DNA of 64,000 nt from a virus. The DNA lies in IMG/VR virus record IMGVR_UViG_3300050821_017570, positions 123,140 through 187,139 of that record; one strand, 5' to 3'. Position 1 is the stretch's first letter. Every line of letters starts with the position of its first letter. Positions 30,958-40,706 of the stretch are shown here, piece by piece. The position numbers and the translations under genes were made by a program. The notes beneath the pieces were generated by a model. It was not told the origin of the DNA. It did not search any database and saw nothing but the letters and a program-made list of their open reading frames with translations.

Positions 30958-32234
30958 GATCCACCCATTACCACGAGAGGCGCCGTGCGGGTCAGCACGA
31001 TCGTAGGGTTGCCACCTTCGGTAAACACGGTCGTCGCCGTAACGGTCCAGGTCCCGCTGGTCGGCAAGACGTTTGGCGGCACCACCGGATTCATCTGTAC
31101 CTCAGCCGTAATGGTCGCGGTCTCATTGGGCCCCATGTTAAGTACCACGGGTACGGATGGGCTAGGTACGGTCGTAACGATTGGGGTGAACTGCTGGCCC
31201 GTCGTGAGGAACTGCTGGATAATTGCACTGTTGGGGACCGGCGAAAATGCGCTATCGAGGGATCCGGCATCGATGATCAGGCTGACCGTGCAGGTAGCGG
31301 CCGTCGTGTTCGCCACCGCGATAACGATCTGGCTAAAGTAGGGGCGATTAAACGATCTGACCCCAAGGTCAAAAAACCCAGGCGCCGACACGACGGCCCG
31401 CGAGGCCGCACTGGCGATTTCGATATTGGCCTGCGCGACCGCATACTGGTATCGATTGAACTGGTCGGTCACGATGGCTGCAAGGTCGTAGAAGTACTTG
31501 GATGCTTCGGCCAGCCATTGATCGGTTCGCACCACGCGAGCTGAATCCACACACGGTAGACAGAAGTCGGCAGCCACGAGCTGATAGTTGATCGCCGTCG
31601 GGCCCAACCGTAGACACGTATCGGGTGTGAGGCTGAATGAACCAAATTGGTCTGGTCCAATTCCATTAATCGTGAAGACCTGCTGGTCACACGGAACGAT
31701 CGCCCCAACCCCACTGGTGGGCCAACCAGCTGGTGGCGCGTCGCAATTAAAGCGTCCGTTACCATCCTGGAACGCGACCGTAACCGTATCACCGGTTTCG
31801 GTGACGATACTGTAGTTGGGCAGACTCAACGTCACCGCGCCGGTGAGTCCGTTGATCGATTGTACGTATGGTGGGATGAGCGTGATGGCGGTTGGGACAA
31901 ATGTGAGGGTTGTCGTTAGGTTTGTATAGGTCTGAAGCCCTACGGTACTGCAGATGAGCGTGCACCACGAGTCGTTCACCGTGTCGTGTGCGGTCAACGT
32001 GGTGAATGCCCCCGTTGTGGTTACGACGGCTGCGGTGGTTGACAGAACCGTGGTGACCCCGCTCATGATGACCACCAGGGCGTTGGTGAGGCTCTGCGGG
32101 GTGAATGTCGTCAGTGTGAGTGGGCCCTCGATGCCCGTCACGATACGTGCGTCCGCCACAATGCCGGTCAATGGATCCGGTGTGCCATCGACGAACGGGT
32201 AGACCCGTTCGAGATTTTGCTCCAACCACTCCAT
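30954..32234 (-). CDS. tail/baseplate-associated paralog family member
   Basis: WLEQNLERVYPF ... SING and TINGIGPDQFG; C.PC followed by a coiled coil. Confidence 0.65.
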   Translation of the reverse strand: MEWLEQNLERVYPFVDGTPDPLTGIVADARIVTGIEGPLTLTTFTPQSLTNALVVIMSGVTTVLSTTAAVVTTTGAFTTLTAHDTVNDSWCTLICSTVGLQTYTNLTTTLTFVPTAITLIPPYVQSINGLTGAVTLSLPNYSIVTETGDTVTVAFQDGNGRFNCDAPPAGWPTSGVGAIVPCDQQVFTINGIGPDQFGSFSLTPDTCLRLGPTAINYQLVAADFCLPCVDSARVVRTDQWLAEASKYFYDLAAIVTDQFNRYQYAVAQANIEIASAASRAVVSAPGFFDLGVRSFNRPYFSQIVIAVANTTAATCTVSLIIDAGSLDSAFSPVPNSAIIQQFLTTGQQFTPIVTTVPSPSVPVVLNMGPNETATITAEVQMNPVVPPNVLPTSGTWTVTATTVFTEGGNPTIVLTRTAPLVVMGGS

Positions 32235-33127
32235 TAGGGGGTACCGGTATAGTAGTTGTCTACCTGGCGAAGCCCAGCTTCCAAGACCGCAACCTGGTTG
32301 GCCAGAATGGTCTGTGCGTCCAGAATGGTCGATGCGTTGGTGGCCAGCTGATCCAACTCAGGGCTCCCACAACAAGGGGTGGCACAATCGTCGGTAAGCG
32401 TGACCGCATTAGTGGCCGTACCGGTGGCCAGGCAACCAAGCCCCACCAGGGTGAGGTTTCCGGCTACCGGATCTGGCACCACCCCATTGATCGATTGGAT
32501 CGGAACCCTCGTGGCCCCACCGCTGTCCGTGCACGGGCATGGATTGCCTACCACGATGGCTTCTTGGGTACCCACGATGATGCTCTGACCGGAAACCGTT
32601 ACATTCGCGTACGGACCAGCCGCGATCGTGAGATTCCCGGTCAGAGTCTCGGCTTGGCCAAACACACCCACGATGCTCAGCGAGCTAACCCCGATGGGCG
32701 CTACCACCACAACGGTCGGAAGAATCTGTGTGGCGGCTTGGAGGAAGTTCCACTGGCTGGTCGATGCCGACATGATGGCACCTGACGAACCAATCGTCAT
32801 GGTACCACCGACTCCTGGGTTGCCAGGTAGGGGTGAAACCACGTATGTGGAATACTGGGTAAACCCATACCCAGGTACCGTAACGGTCGCTACGGCCCCA
32901 AAACCTTCACATGACAAGGTAATGACCACACCGGTCCCATAGGCGGTGGTCTGACTGACAAACCATCCAACGAGTGAATACGTCGGAGGCGCCGAGATCT
33001 GAAGGTCGACAATCAGATCGTTCGGAAGCGTGAACGTGCTGGTCGTGTCGAGCCGTGTCGCCTCATCGAACAACGGGTATGACCGTTGAGAGTTCTCATC
33101 CAGCCATTGCTGATCGAGGATGTTCAC
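32234..33127 (-). CDS. tail/baseplate-associated paralog family member
   Basis: WLDENSQRSYPL ... IQSINGVVPDPVAGNLTL ... CATPCCGSPEL. Confidence 0.65.
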   Translation of the reverse strand: MNILDQQWLDENSQRSYPLFDEATRLDTTSTFTLPNDLIVDLQISAPPTYSLVGWFVSQTTAYGTGVVITLSCEGFGAVATVTVPGYGFTQYSTYVVSPLPGNPGVGGTMTIGSSGAIMSASTSQWNFLQAATQILPTVVVVAPIGVSSLSIVGVFGQAETLTGNLTIAAGPYANVTVSGQSIIVGTQEAIVVGNPCPCTDSGGATRVPIQSINGVVPDPVAGNLTLVGLGCLATGTATNAVTLTDDCATPCCGSPELDQLATNASTILDAQTILANQVAVLEAGLRQVDNYYTGTP

Positions 33128-33136
33128 GCCCTACTC

Positions 33137-34849
33137 CTAGGTGAGTTCGTACCCTGCACGAATCAGATAGAGGTTCCCATTGAAACCATCGGACGTCAAT
33201 GCGTTCCTCGTCACCTGGAGCATCACGAGTGAACCAGCTGGAACACCTGTAACGGTTGGTGCTAGCCCAAATTCGGCAGCCTGGCCAGCCACCACGGTGG
33301 TGCCGCTGATGCTGGTCAGAGTGGTCCATGAGGAAGGTAGGGTTGTGTTGGTAGGCGTGGCGGGAACGACCAGATACTGGATCGTTACGCTCGATGGTAC
33401 CGATCCGCTGGTATCGCTGTACAGCCATAGCTCAAACGTCAGCGTGCTGACCGCTGGAGCGAATCTCGATAGATTGAAACTGAAGATCGGAGACTGGTTG
33501 CGCCCCTGGAGGAGTGCAATCATGCTGATGTTTTGGATCTGACGATAGTCAGCATTATTCAGGAATACGCTATCGGCGTTACCCTGGAGGTCCGACGTAT
33601 TGGTGGCCGAAACCTGTACGGCTCCATAGAAGCCAGAAGTCGAATTACCATTCGGGCCCGTCAGGGTGACACCAGGACCGGGTGTGAGGGTCGTGGTGAC
33701 CGGCCCGGTTGTGAACCCGCCGCCCGTGATGGACTTCACACCCAGCACACCCGCGTCGGTGGTTGACGTGTTGGCCAGAATGGTGGGTACGTTCAGGAGG
33801 AGGGACCCAGAAGACGCTGGAAGCCCACCAACTCCGAGGAATTGGCCCTGAAGAGCTGAGGTGGAGGCAAAGCCTAGACTCTGAACCGTCGCATTGGTGG
33901 TAGCGGCTAGGACGTTAACCCAGTAGCCGTAAATAGGCGCAGCAACAGGAGCGGTATTCCAGTCCACAGGCCAAGGTGCTAAGCCGTACGTATTTGTGAG
34001 CCAGAAAATACCCTCATCAGTCGCAATAATAGTAGTTGCTGGACTAAGTTGGGCCCCGCCTTGGAAAAAAACAGCTGAGTCGGTCGGAACCGGAGGGAAG
34101 GCAGCCTGCAGCACGCCTTCTGCAGGATTCGCTATATTGTACCAGAAGACTGCTCCGGAAGGTGCCGTACCGACAAATGTACTGATAGGCAACCAACCTT
34201 GAAGCGAGGGGTTGGCGATCAGTATCAGTTGCGGGTTGCCCGTAGACGGTGTGTTAACTGTTCCTGCAGGGTTACCGCTCAGAACGACATAGTCGTGCAC
34301 ATGGGCCCCAAACACAGGTGGTTGGGCCTTCAAAAGAAATGAACCATTGGGAAACGCGGATCCGCAGAACACGGCGAGGGGGTCAACCGTAAGACTAATC
34401 TCACCAGCGTTAGCCGCGCTTAGGTAATAGTTTCCTTCGGCCCACGTACCTCCCATGACGACTTGCCACTGAGACTGCGTGATGTAGTCGGTACTGATGT
34501 AGCCGTTAAGACAGACTGAACCAGTGGTTGAGCTGGTGAGTGTAAGCACCACACCAGTGATGTAGGCGGTTGCAGAAGCGGTGCTTCCGGCAACAGTGTT
34601 GGCTAGAGCTGACTGGGCGAGATGAAAGGTGCCATCCTCGTTGAGGTAGACCACGTTACCGATCACTACCCCAGGTTGAAAAGTAGCATCAGGATAAATC
34701 AACATCGCACCAGTCGACTGGGCGTCTTGAACTTCTAGTAAGGCCTCCGTTCGTTGGGCTAGCTGACTAATAGGAACATTTGTAACGGCTGCATCAACCG
34801 ATTGACCATCAGATATTAAGGTAATAGCATTTACGAAGGGGGTAGCCAC
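33137..34849 (-). CDS. putative tail fibre / baseplate protein
   Basis: 570 aa, beta-rich; N-terminal DGxxVxAxxxNxPIxQLAQRT pattern typical of fibre attachment regions. Confidence 0.6.
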   Translation of the reverse strand: MATPFVNAITLISDGQSVDAAVTNVPISQLAQRTEALLEVQDAQSTGAMLIYPDATFQPGVVIGNVVYLNEDGTFHLAQSALANTVAGSTASATAYITGVVLTLTSSTTGSVCLNGYISTDYITQSQWQVVMGGTWAEGNYYLSAANAGEISLTVDPLAVFCGSAFPNGSFLLKAQPPVFGAHVHDYVVLSGNPAGTVNTPSTGNPQLILIANPSLQGWLPISTFVGTAPSGAVFWYNIANPAEGVLQAAFPPVPTDSAVFFQGGAQLSPATTIIATDEGIFWLTNTYGLAPWPVDWNTAPVAAPIYGYWVNVLAATTNATVQSLGFASTSALQGQFLGVGGLPASSGSLLLNVPTILANTSTTDAGVLGVKSITGGGFTTGPVTTTLTPGPGVTLTGPNGNSTSGFYGAVQVSATNTSDLQGNADSVFLNNADYRQIQNISMIALLQGRNQSPIFSFNLSRFAPAVSTLTFELWLYSDTSGSVPSSVTIQYLVVPATPTNTTLPSSWTTLTSISGTTVVAGQAAEFGLAPTVTGVPAGSLVMLQVTRNALTSDGFNGNLYLIRAGYELT

Positions 34850-35461
34850 TTAAACTCTCTCCTCTGTCATAAGCTTAGCGACAGCTACAGCTTTAGAATC
34901 AGCGCAAGCCACGACCAGCTTACATACTGCAATAAACTCGTCTTCTGTCCGATCAAGTTTATCAAAATTGATTGCTCTGTGCGCCCAGACAAGATTGCTC
35001 CGTTCATACTTCAGCTCTGGGTATCGTGCTTTTGGCATTTTATGTTCAACTGAAGCGATACCTGGTTTGATAGTAATATTAGTGTAATAACACTTATAGC
35101 CCTGCGATTCCATTAAGTCCTTTAAGAACTGCACATTATTGGCTGAACTAGAACCTAAGTGAGTTCGAGCCATAGTAATATACCAACAGTGTTCACAGCG
35201 CTGTTGCCCCGGCAAAGAATTCACATTACAGCCTGCAGTTGTACATAAACCAGCAGCAACACGAGCTTGCCGCTGCTCACGCATATTTTTATGGTATTCT
35301 GCACCTTTTTCTGGGTACTTATTGCGCCAGTGAACCATACGATCTGGGTCCAACTGATGTAATTCACGTGCATAGCGTGCGTAGTATTCTGCCAACGTCT
35401 CACCCGGTTGTTTTGGCGCTATGCCATACTTACTTGCTTTAGGTTTTCTAGTCTTAGCCAT
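34850..35461 (-). CDS. free-standing HNH homing endonuclease
   Basis: CYYT...SVEHKMPK...SNLVWAHRAINFDK; low GC (a sampled 60-nt line is 32%); inserted between tail genes. Confidence 0.8.
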   Translation of the reverse strand: MAKTRKPKASKYGIAPKQPGETLAEYYARYARELHQLDPDRMVHWRNKYPEKGAEYHKNMREQRQARVAAGLCTTAGCNVNSLPGQQRCEHCWYITMARTHLGSSSANNVQFLKDLMESQGYKCYYTNITIKPGIASVEHKMPKARYPELKYERSNLVWAHRAINFDKLDRTEDEFIAVCKLVVACADSKAVAVAKLMTEERV

Positions 35462-35462
35462 A

Positions 35463-36014
35463 TCAGACCCAAGTCGTTGGCCATGAGCAGCTTACAGCAC
35501 CGGTACCCGTAAGAGGTAGAGCTGAGCCAAGTATAAACCTAGCATATAGTAGATCACCGGTATAGGTTGAGCCCTGTGGAAACGAGCACAGGCACACCGA
35601 CAAAATCTGGCTGGAACTTGAGACACCAAAGGGAGACCCATTGAGTCCCTCGGTAGCATTGGTCAGGGTAGTAAACGAAACAGCGTTGTCAGCATAGTTC
35701 ACACTGGTCGAACTCAGAACCGGTCGTGCTATTAAGGGTGCACGAACTAAGTCATAAGGAGATGAAACGCCCTGTCGACTAACGGAGGTGTCCGTAAGTG
35801 CGAATGGAGTAGCAGTACCTGCCCCGTTACTATACTCATAATACATACCAGCTATCTGGTAGTTAGGCAGCCCAGCCGCTAACCCAGCCAGGATATCGGC
35901 CGCTTGGTAGGGACAACTATTCATTCCCTCTACGGTGACTCCACTTGAGAGGTCCGTGATGTAAACGTAACCACGCGAGAGTGAGCGAGTACTGGAGATG
36001 GTACGGGGTGTCAT
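35463..36014 (-). CDS. virion structural protein (baseplate/tail)
   Basis: Position in the module; start at MTPRTI; beta-rich. Confidence 0.6.
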   Translation of the reverse strand: MTPRTISSTRSLSRGYVYITDLSSGVTVEGMNSCPYQAADILAGLAAGLPNYQIAGMYYEYSNGAGTATPFALTDTSVSRQGVSSPYDLVRAPLIARPVLSSTSVNYADNAVSFTTLTNATEGLNGSPFGVSSSSQILSVCLCSFPQGSTYTGDLLYARFILGSALPLTGTGAVSCSWPTTWV

Positions 36015-36015
36015 G

Positions 36016-37470
36016 TTAATACGCCAGTATGAGTGGAGTTCCGTCGTAGAAGTTGGTGCCATTTATACGTGTGTCGACACTCGTTACAAGCCCTGGGGCC
36101 AAAACCGGCGTCGACGTCGTACCCGAGATAGGGTACTGCTCTCCGGTCGCTTCAAGCTGGAACGAAAAATACAGCAACGTCCCGGCAGGCATCAGGAGTG
36201 GAATCTGATTCAAGAAACCAGTGATATAGTTCAGAAAGTCCTGAGGCTTCACGGTAATGATGATGAGATTGTTGCCGATGAAATTATCGATCACAAAGCT
36301 CAGGGGGTTCACCGGAATCGTCGGCCCCGGCAGACCCAACCATTGGGCTAGTGTTTTACCGGCAGCGAGTCCACGAGCGTGAACTGAGGCCCAAAAGTTC
36401 TCAATGTCGGTTGGGTTACCATACAGCTGAAACCGAGCATCGCTACCCGTGTAGGTCCATGTCTGGTTGGCATTCACGAAGACGACCAGGTCCATCACTC
36501 CACTGATCAGACCAGGCCCGCACGCCAAGCCCGGCACATCCGTCAGGTCGGGTGTCCGACCGGTTCCGCACTCAATGATCTGAATCGTATCGGTCAGAGG
36601 TTGGTCGGGATTAACCATTTCTCCAACCGTAACCAGTGGGGTCGCGGTCGCGGCAAACCGGTATACGTTTTGATCCGTCACGATGCAGAGACCATCTGCA
36701 TCAGTCTGAATGACTTCAATCGTTTCATTACCAACGGTCGCGCGCAACCCCGCACTAGCCATCAGGCCCTGTGAGAGGCTGTGAAGGCATGGACCACGCA
36801 CAAACATAGCCCAGGCGGCGTTTAGGATGGTGACGTAGTCGTCACTCGATTGGCCCGGAACCCGAATGATGCTTCCGTAGCGAAGCCATGGCTGCTGTGC
36901 ATCGGTATCAACGTCTCGGGCCCACAAGAGAACCTGGCGATCGATGATGTTACCGCTACCGTCGTAGACCGGGATCGGGGTCAGGAGGGTAAATGGGTTT
37001 TGGCTAAAACTAATGATTGAGGTGCTGGGGTTGAAATAACTGTTCGAAGCGTCAAACACAACCTCAGGGTTAATAACCTGGTCGATGAGGTAACCGACCT
37101 GTTTGATCGCAGGATCAAGTTGCCAAGCATATGAATTCGTCAATACCTGCCCATAAACCGATCCATCCCCGTAGACGGCCCCACCGCCGTACTGGATCAG
37201 ATTCGGCGACTGGGTTAGCTCGGACTCCAACAGCTGAACCAACTGCCATTGCTGAGCAATGAATGGCTGAATCTGCTGGATCGCCAACCCGGCCGCCATC
37301 TCAACGGTACGTAGATAGACATCTGCATGTAGTTGCAGGTTTGCCCACTCCTGCTGTTGTAGCACACTAGCATCGCTCAGGTAGTTTTGCCAAAACGAGC
37401 CGATCAGCCGAAACAGCTGATTCGGATCTTCGATCGTGCTGTTGACCTGCGGGTTAGATGGGAACGGCAT
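36016..37470 (-). CDS. baseplate wedge subunit (I/gp7-like)
   Basis: Follows baseplate J; RLIGSFW N-terminus; size and synteny. Confidence 0.55.
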   Translation of the reverse strand: MPFPSNPQVNSTIEDPNQLFRLIGSFWQNYLSDASVLQQQEWANLQLHADVYLRTVEMAAGLAIQQIQPFIAQQWQLVQLLESELTQSPNLIQYGGGAVYGDGSVYGQVLTNSYAWQLDPAIKQVGYLIDQVINPEVVFDASNSYFNPSTSIISFSQNPFTLLTPIPVYDGSGNIIDRQVLLWARDVDTDAQQPWLRYGSIIRVPGQSSDDYVTILNAAWAMFVRGPCLHSLSQGLMASAGLRATVGNETIEVIQTDADGLCIVTDQNVYRFAATATPLVTVGEMVNPDQPLTDTIQIIECGTGRTPDLTDVPGLACGPGLISGVMDLVVFVNANQTWTYTGSDARFQLYGNPTDIENFWASVHARGLAAGKTLAQWLGLPGPTIPVNPLSFVIDNFIGNNLIIITVKPQDFLNYITGFLNQIPLLMPAGTLLYFSFQLEATGEQYPISGTTSTPVLAPGLVTSVDTRINGTNFYDGTPLILAY

Positions 37471-39085
37471 TCACCACCACCTGAGAAGGCGTGCAGGTAA
37501 AGAACGTGTTGTCAGCCGACACTCCAAGCGCGAGTGTTCCCGAGTCGGTCGGTATGATGAGTTCGTTTGACGTCGGCAATGCGATCGTCTGGTAGGCAGG
37601 CGAGTAGATCGTACCCCGCATGGTGGTTCCGATGGCGTCACCACCACCGGTCAGCAGAGGGGCCAGCGCCGTATAGACCACATACTGGGACAGTGATGGG
37701 GTGCCAAACGGTAGTGCGTTGATCGCTGCGCTAATGGCATTCTGAACCGCACTAACGGCAGGCGGCTGCGTGAGAGCAGGATAGCGGATCGTCGTGCTGA
37801 CCGTAACCGAACATGGGATCGCAGCCTTGATCAGCAAGTCACCCGTTCGGATGTTATCCGAAGTCGCATATCCAGCGATGCTCTGGATGGTCGGCATGTA
37901 GAGAAGCGTTACGGCGTATGAGATCACCTGCCCGGTCGTCAGTGGCCCCGTGCTGAGCGTATCGGTGAAGCTGAAGCTTAAGATCGCGTTGGCCGAGAAG
38001 GCTGCGTCCTGTGGCGTCAGGATGAAGGGTACGAACGGCGTACCCAGGTAGGTATTGACCGTGTACGTGTTGGGCGTGATACCACCGACCGCGGTTAACC
38101 CGCTGGGTAGGATGCCCGTCACCGCGTAGACCCCGATGCCGGTCTGATAGGGCAGCTGAATCACCACGGTCATGCTGGCGCCATCGGTGACCGTACCATT
38201 GACCGTAACGGTCTGACTGCCGATGGTCTGGCTGGTCCGGCAGTACAGGTCTTGTTTCGATCCGGTCGACATGCCGAATAGGTTGCCACGATCGCGGGTC
38301 ATCAGTGGGTTGCCAACCCCAATGACCGCTACGGTGGTGCCTGGAAACTCGGCCGTCAGGGTAGCCTGAATGTGTGCGGGTCCAGCCAGTACCTGCGCGG
38401 TGATGCCTTGGCTGGCACGCGCCAGCAGTGACGCATTGGTCTCTTCAGCCGCCCCACCGGTAAAGTCGGTTGCCACGCTTGCAGAGAGCATGCCGGCCAG
38501 TGGGTTGACGATCACCAGCGAGGTACCGGCCGTAAGAGCTGAGCTGGTTCCAGTCGTAAGCGCAGTTACGTTGACGGTAAACTGGTAGGTTCCGTTTGCC
38601 AGCGCACTCATGATACGGGTGCTGGAGTTAGTCGTCACACCAGTCGTATTGGGAGGGTAGACCTGGAAGGCTTGCGAAGTCGTGAACTGAAGACCGCTAA
38701 ACGTGAACCCGAACCCAGCCGGAATCGCATACGGAATGGGTGCACTGACGATGATGTTGACGGGTCCGCTAGCATATCCGGCGGCGCCGCGGACGAGAAA
38801 GTAATTGGAGACCAGCGAATCAACATATGAATTTGGAACAGTTGTTTCATTCGCAACAATAGCCTGAAGCGAGAACGTCTCCTCCAGCTGATCCATGCGA
38901 GCCTGCTCGACCGCCACCATGTAGGCCTGGTTCTCACACAGCAGACCCTCTAGCGCCGTACCGACCGACAGATCCAAGCTGGCGTTGTAGGCCTGAAGCG
39001 CCTGTACCACGAACTGCAGGGCAGACGTGTACTGGGTTTGCGAAATCGCTGGGACGGGTGTGGTGAGATCGACGATTTCAGACAT
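37454..39085 (-). CDS. baseplate wedge protein J / gp6-like
   Basis: LDLSVGTALEGLL; YFLVRGAAGYASG; FTGGAAEETNASLLARA (typical baseplate J GGxxxExxxxLxxR). Confidence 0.8.
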   Translation of the reverse strand: MSEIVDLTTPVPAISQTQYTSALQFVVQALQAYNASLDLSVGTALEGLLCENQAYMVAVEQARMDQLEETFSLQAIVANETTVPNSYVDSLVSNYFLVRGAAGYASGPVNIIVSAPIPYAIPAGFGFTFSGLQFTTSQAFQVYPPNTTGVTTNSSTRIMSALANGTYQFTVNVTALTTGTSSALTAGTSLVIVNPLAGMLSASVATDFTGGAAEETNASLLARASQGITAQVLAGPAHIQATLTAEFPGTTVAVIGVGNPLMTRDRGNLFGMSTGSKQDLYCRTSQTIGSQTVTVNGTVTDGASMTVVIQLPYQTGIGVYAVTGILPSGLTAVGGITPNTYTVNTYLGTPFVPFILTPQDAAFSANAILSFSFTDTLSTGPLTTGQVISYAVTLLYMPTIQSIAGYATSDNIRTGDLLIKAAIPCSVTVSTTIRYPALTQPPAVSAVQNAISAAINALPFGTPSLSQYVVYTALAPLLTGGGDAIGTTMRGTIYSPAYQTIALPTSNELIIPTDSGTLALGVSADNTFFTCTPSQVVVNAVPI

Positions 39086-39086
39086 G

Positions 39087-39497
39087 TTAGACCTGCGTCA
39101 GCGGGATGACAAAGTTAGTAGAGCCATCCGGTGTGGTGATCTGAACCGTCAGAGTCAGGGTATCGGAGAACAACGTATGGGCAAGCAGTGTCACCGTACC
39201 GATCTGTTCGGATGTCGGTAATGCGGACTGGTCGCCCAGTTGGGCCATAATCATGTTGACCGCAGCGGTGAAATTCGTGATCACAGCCGCGTCGGTTTGC
39301 ATGCGACCGTTGCCCATGATGGTGACAAAGTTCGTGCCGCGGTTGCGTAGTGCGTCGTACTGGCGTAGAAACAGATCCGCAAACTTCTGGCCTAGTTTAA
39401 GCGTACCTTCCAGACCACCAGAATTTGGCAGCGCGTAGTAGACGCCCGAGGGTAGCCCCGTGTTGGCCCCATGGAGGACCTGAAGATCGATCGTCAT
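39087..39497 (-). CDS. gp25-like baseplate wedge / sheath initiator
   Basis: 136 aa; KLGQKFADLFL..., PTSEQIGTVTL, LTLTVQITT; directly upstream of J. Confidence 0.65.
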   Translation of the reverse strand: MTIDLQVLHGANTGLPSGVYYALPNSGGLEGTLKLGQKFADLFLRQYDALRNRGTNFVTIMGNGRMQTDAAVITNFTAAVNMIMAQLGDQSALPTSEQIGTVTLLAHTLFSDTLTLTVQITTPDGSTNFVIPLTQV

Positions 39498-39931
39498 GAT
39501 GGTGCCCTCGTGGTGGCCAGCACCTTATCCGTGCCGGCAAACTGCTGGAGCATCTGATTGTCGTACACGTCTTCCTGCTGAAGCTGCTGGGTCAGATGGG
39601 CAAGAAAATCACGTCTGGTCTGACGTTGGCTAAGGTAGCAGCGCCGGAATGATTCCAACGTATTGACCTGCTGCATGATCGAGATCTGGTCGTCATTCGT
39701 CAGCAGGGTGGAGGCCGGGCTAGCGTAGCCGGCGATCAGGACCGCTTCCATAGCGACCGTGACGGGGGCCCCATACGCGCCCTGTGGCAGGTCCGTGTAT
39801 TGGACAGTTTGACAGAATTCAAAATCGTACGACGCCGTCGTTACCGCCGTGAGGATCTGATGCCGCAGGAGCTGTCGCTGCGTGTACCAGGGAACCGTTT
39901 CGGTCTGAACCTGTCTACCCATGATATTCAT
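39494..39931 (-). CDS. hypothetical protein in the baseplate cluster
   Basis: 145 aa with overlaps on both sides. Confidence 0.6.
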   Translation of the reverse strand: MNIMGRQVQTETVPWYTQRQLLRHQILTAVTTASYDFEFCQTVQYTDLPQGAYGAPVTVAMEAVLIAGYASPASTLLTNDDQISIMQQVNTLESFRRCYLSQRQTRRDFLAHLTQQLQQEDVYDNQMLQQFAGTDKVLATTRAPS

Positions 39932-40706
39932 CCAATCGGCCCTGAATCCGTACCGCTCGCTGTGAAACCGCCGCCGGCGAAATACGGAGTCGTTTGGCTA
40001 TCTCTTGAGTCGATAGGACTGGGTAGCCGCGGAAACCAGTCCGATACTGCATGATGACGCGATCAACATCGCCAAGGTCGTGGTAGACTGCGTCGTGCCA
40101 GTCCTGCTCACCCGTCTGGTTGTGCGCAATGATGTCAGGCGACTCTGAATCCTCGTCGCCCATTTCCTCCACTACCGAGAGCGGAACCCCTGCGTGCAAC
40201 ATCTGTCGAACCTTGGTGACCCGTTTGACTGGTAGCTTGGCAATCTCGGCGACTTCCTCGTCCGAGGCCTCCCTACCGAGGTCATCCTGTACCTGCTGGA
40301 TCGCTTTACCAATCACGGCCCGATGTCGCCGTAACCCTTCGGCGATTCGCATGTGTTGGTCTGTTGATGGACCAACCCGTTGGAGCGATTGAAGCTGGCG
40401 ATACACGTGGGTCGCAAGATTAGCCCCACGGTTGGGGTCATACGCCTTTACCGCGTCGGCAGCCATCAGACGGGCTTTGTGGCGCACGATGTTGGACGGC
40501 TGGCTGGTGTACGCGTTGAGCGCATGCTCGATCGTAGGCCCCAGCGCGTTGACCGTGTGGTTCAGATTTTCAGGCGTCTGATTACCCTGCCAGGCCTGGT
40601 ACGCCTCATCAGCCTGTGAAGTCGAGGCGTTGTCCGGCGTACTGGCTGGCCCATATTGGGTGCGTATACCCGGAGAGGCCAGGCTCGGCTGCTTGGATTG
40701 TGTCAC
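39915..40706 (-). CDS. phage-encoded sigma-70 family factor (FliA/SigD-like architecture)
   Basis: Region 2 AVKAYDPNRGANLATHV; region 3 LGREASDEEVAE; region 4 LSTQEIAKRLRISPAAVSQR; start codon uncertain. Confidence 0.8.
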   Translation of the reverse strand: MTQSKQPSLASPGIRTQYGPASTPDNASTSQADEAYQAWQGNQTPENLNHTVNALGPTIEHALNAYTSQPSNIVRHKARLMAADAVKAYDPNRGANLATHVYRQLQSLQRVGPSTDQHMRIAEGLRRHRAVIGKAIQQVQDDLGREASDEEVAEIAKLPVKRVTKVRQMLHAGVPLSVVEEMGDEDSESPDIIAHNQTGEQDWHDAVYHDLGDVDRVIMQYRTGFRGYPVLSTQEIAKRLRISPAAVSQRAVRIQGRLDEYHG

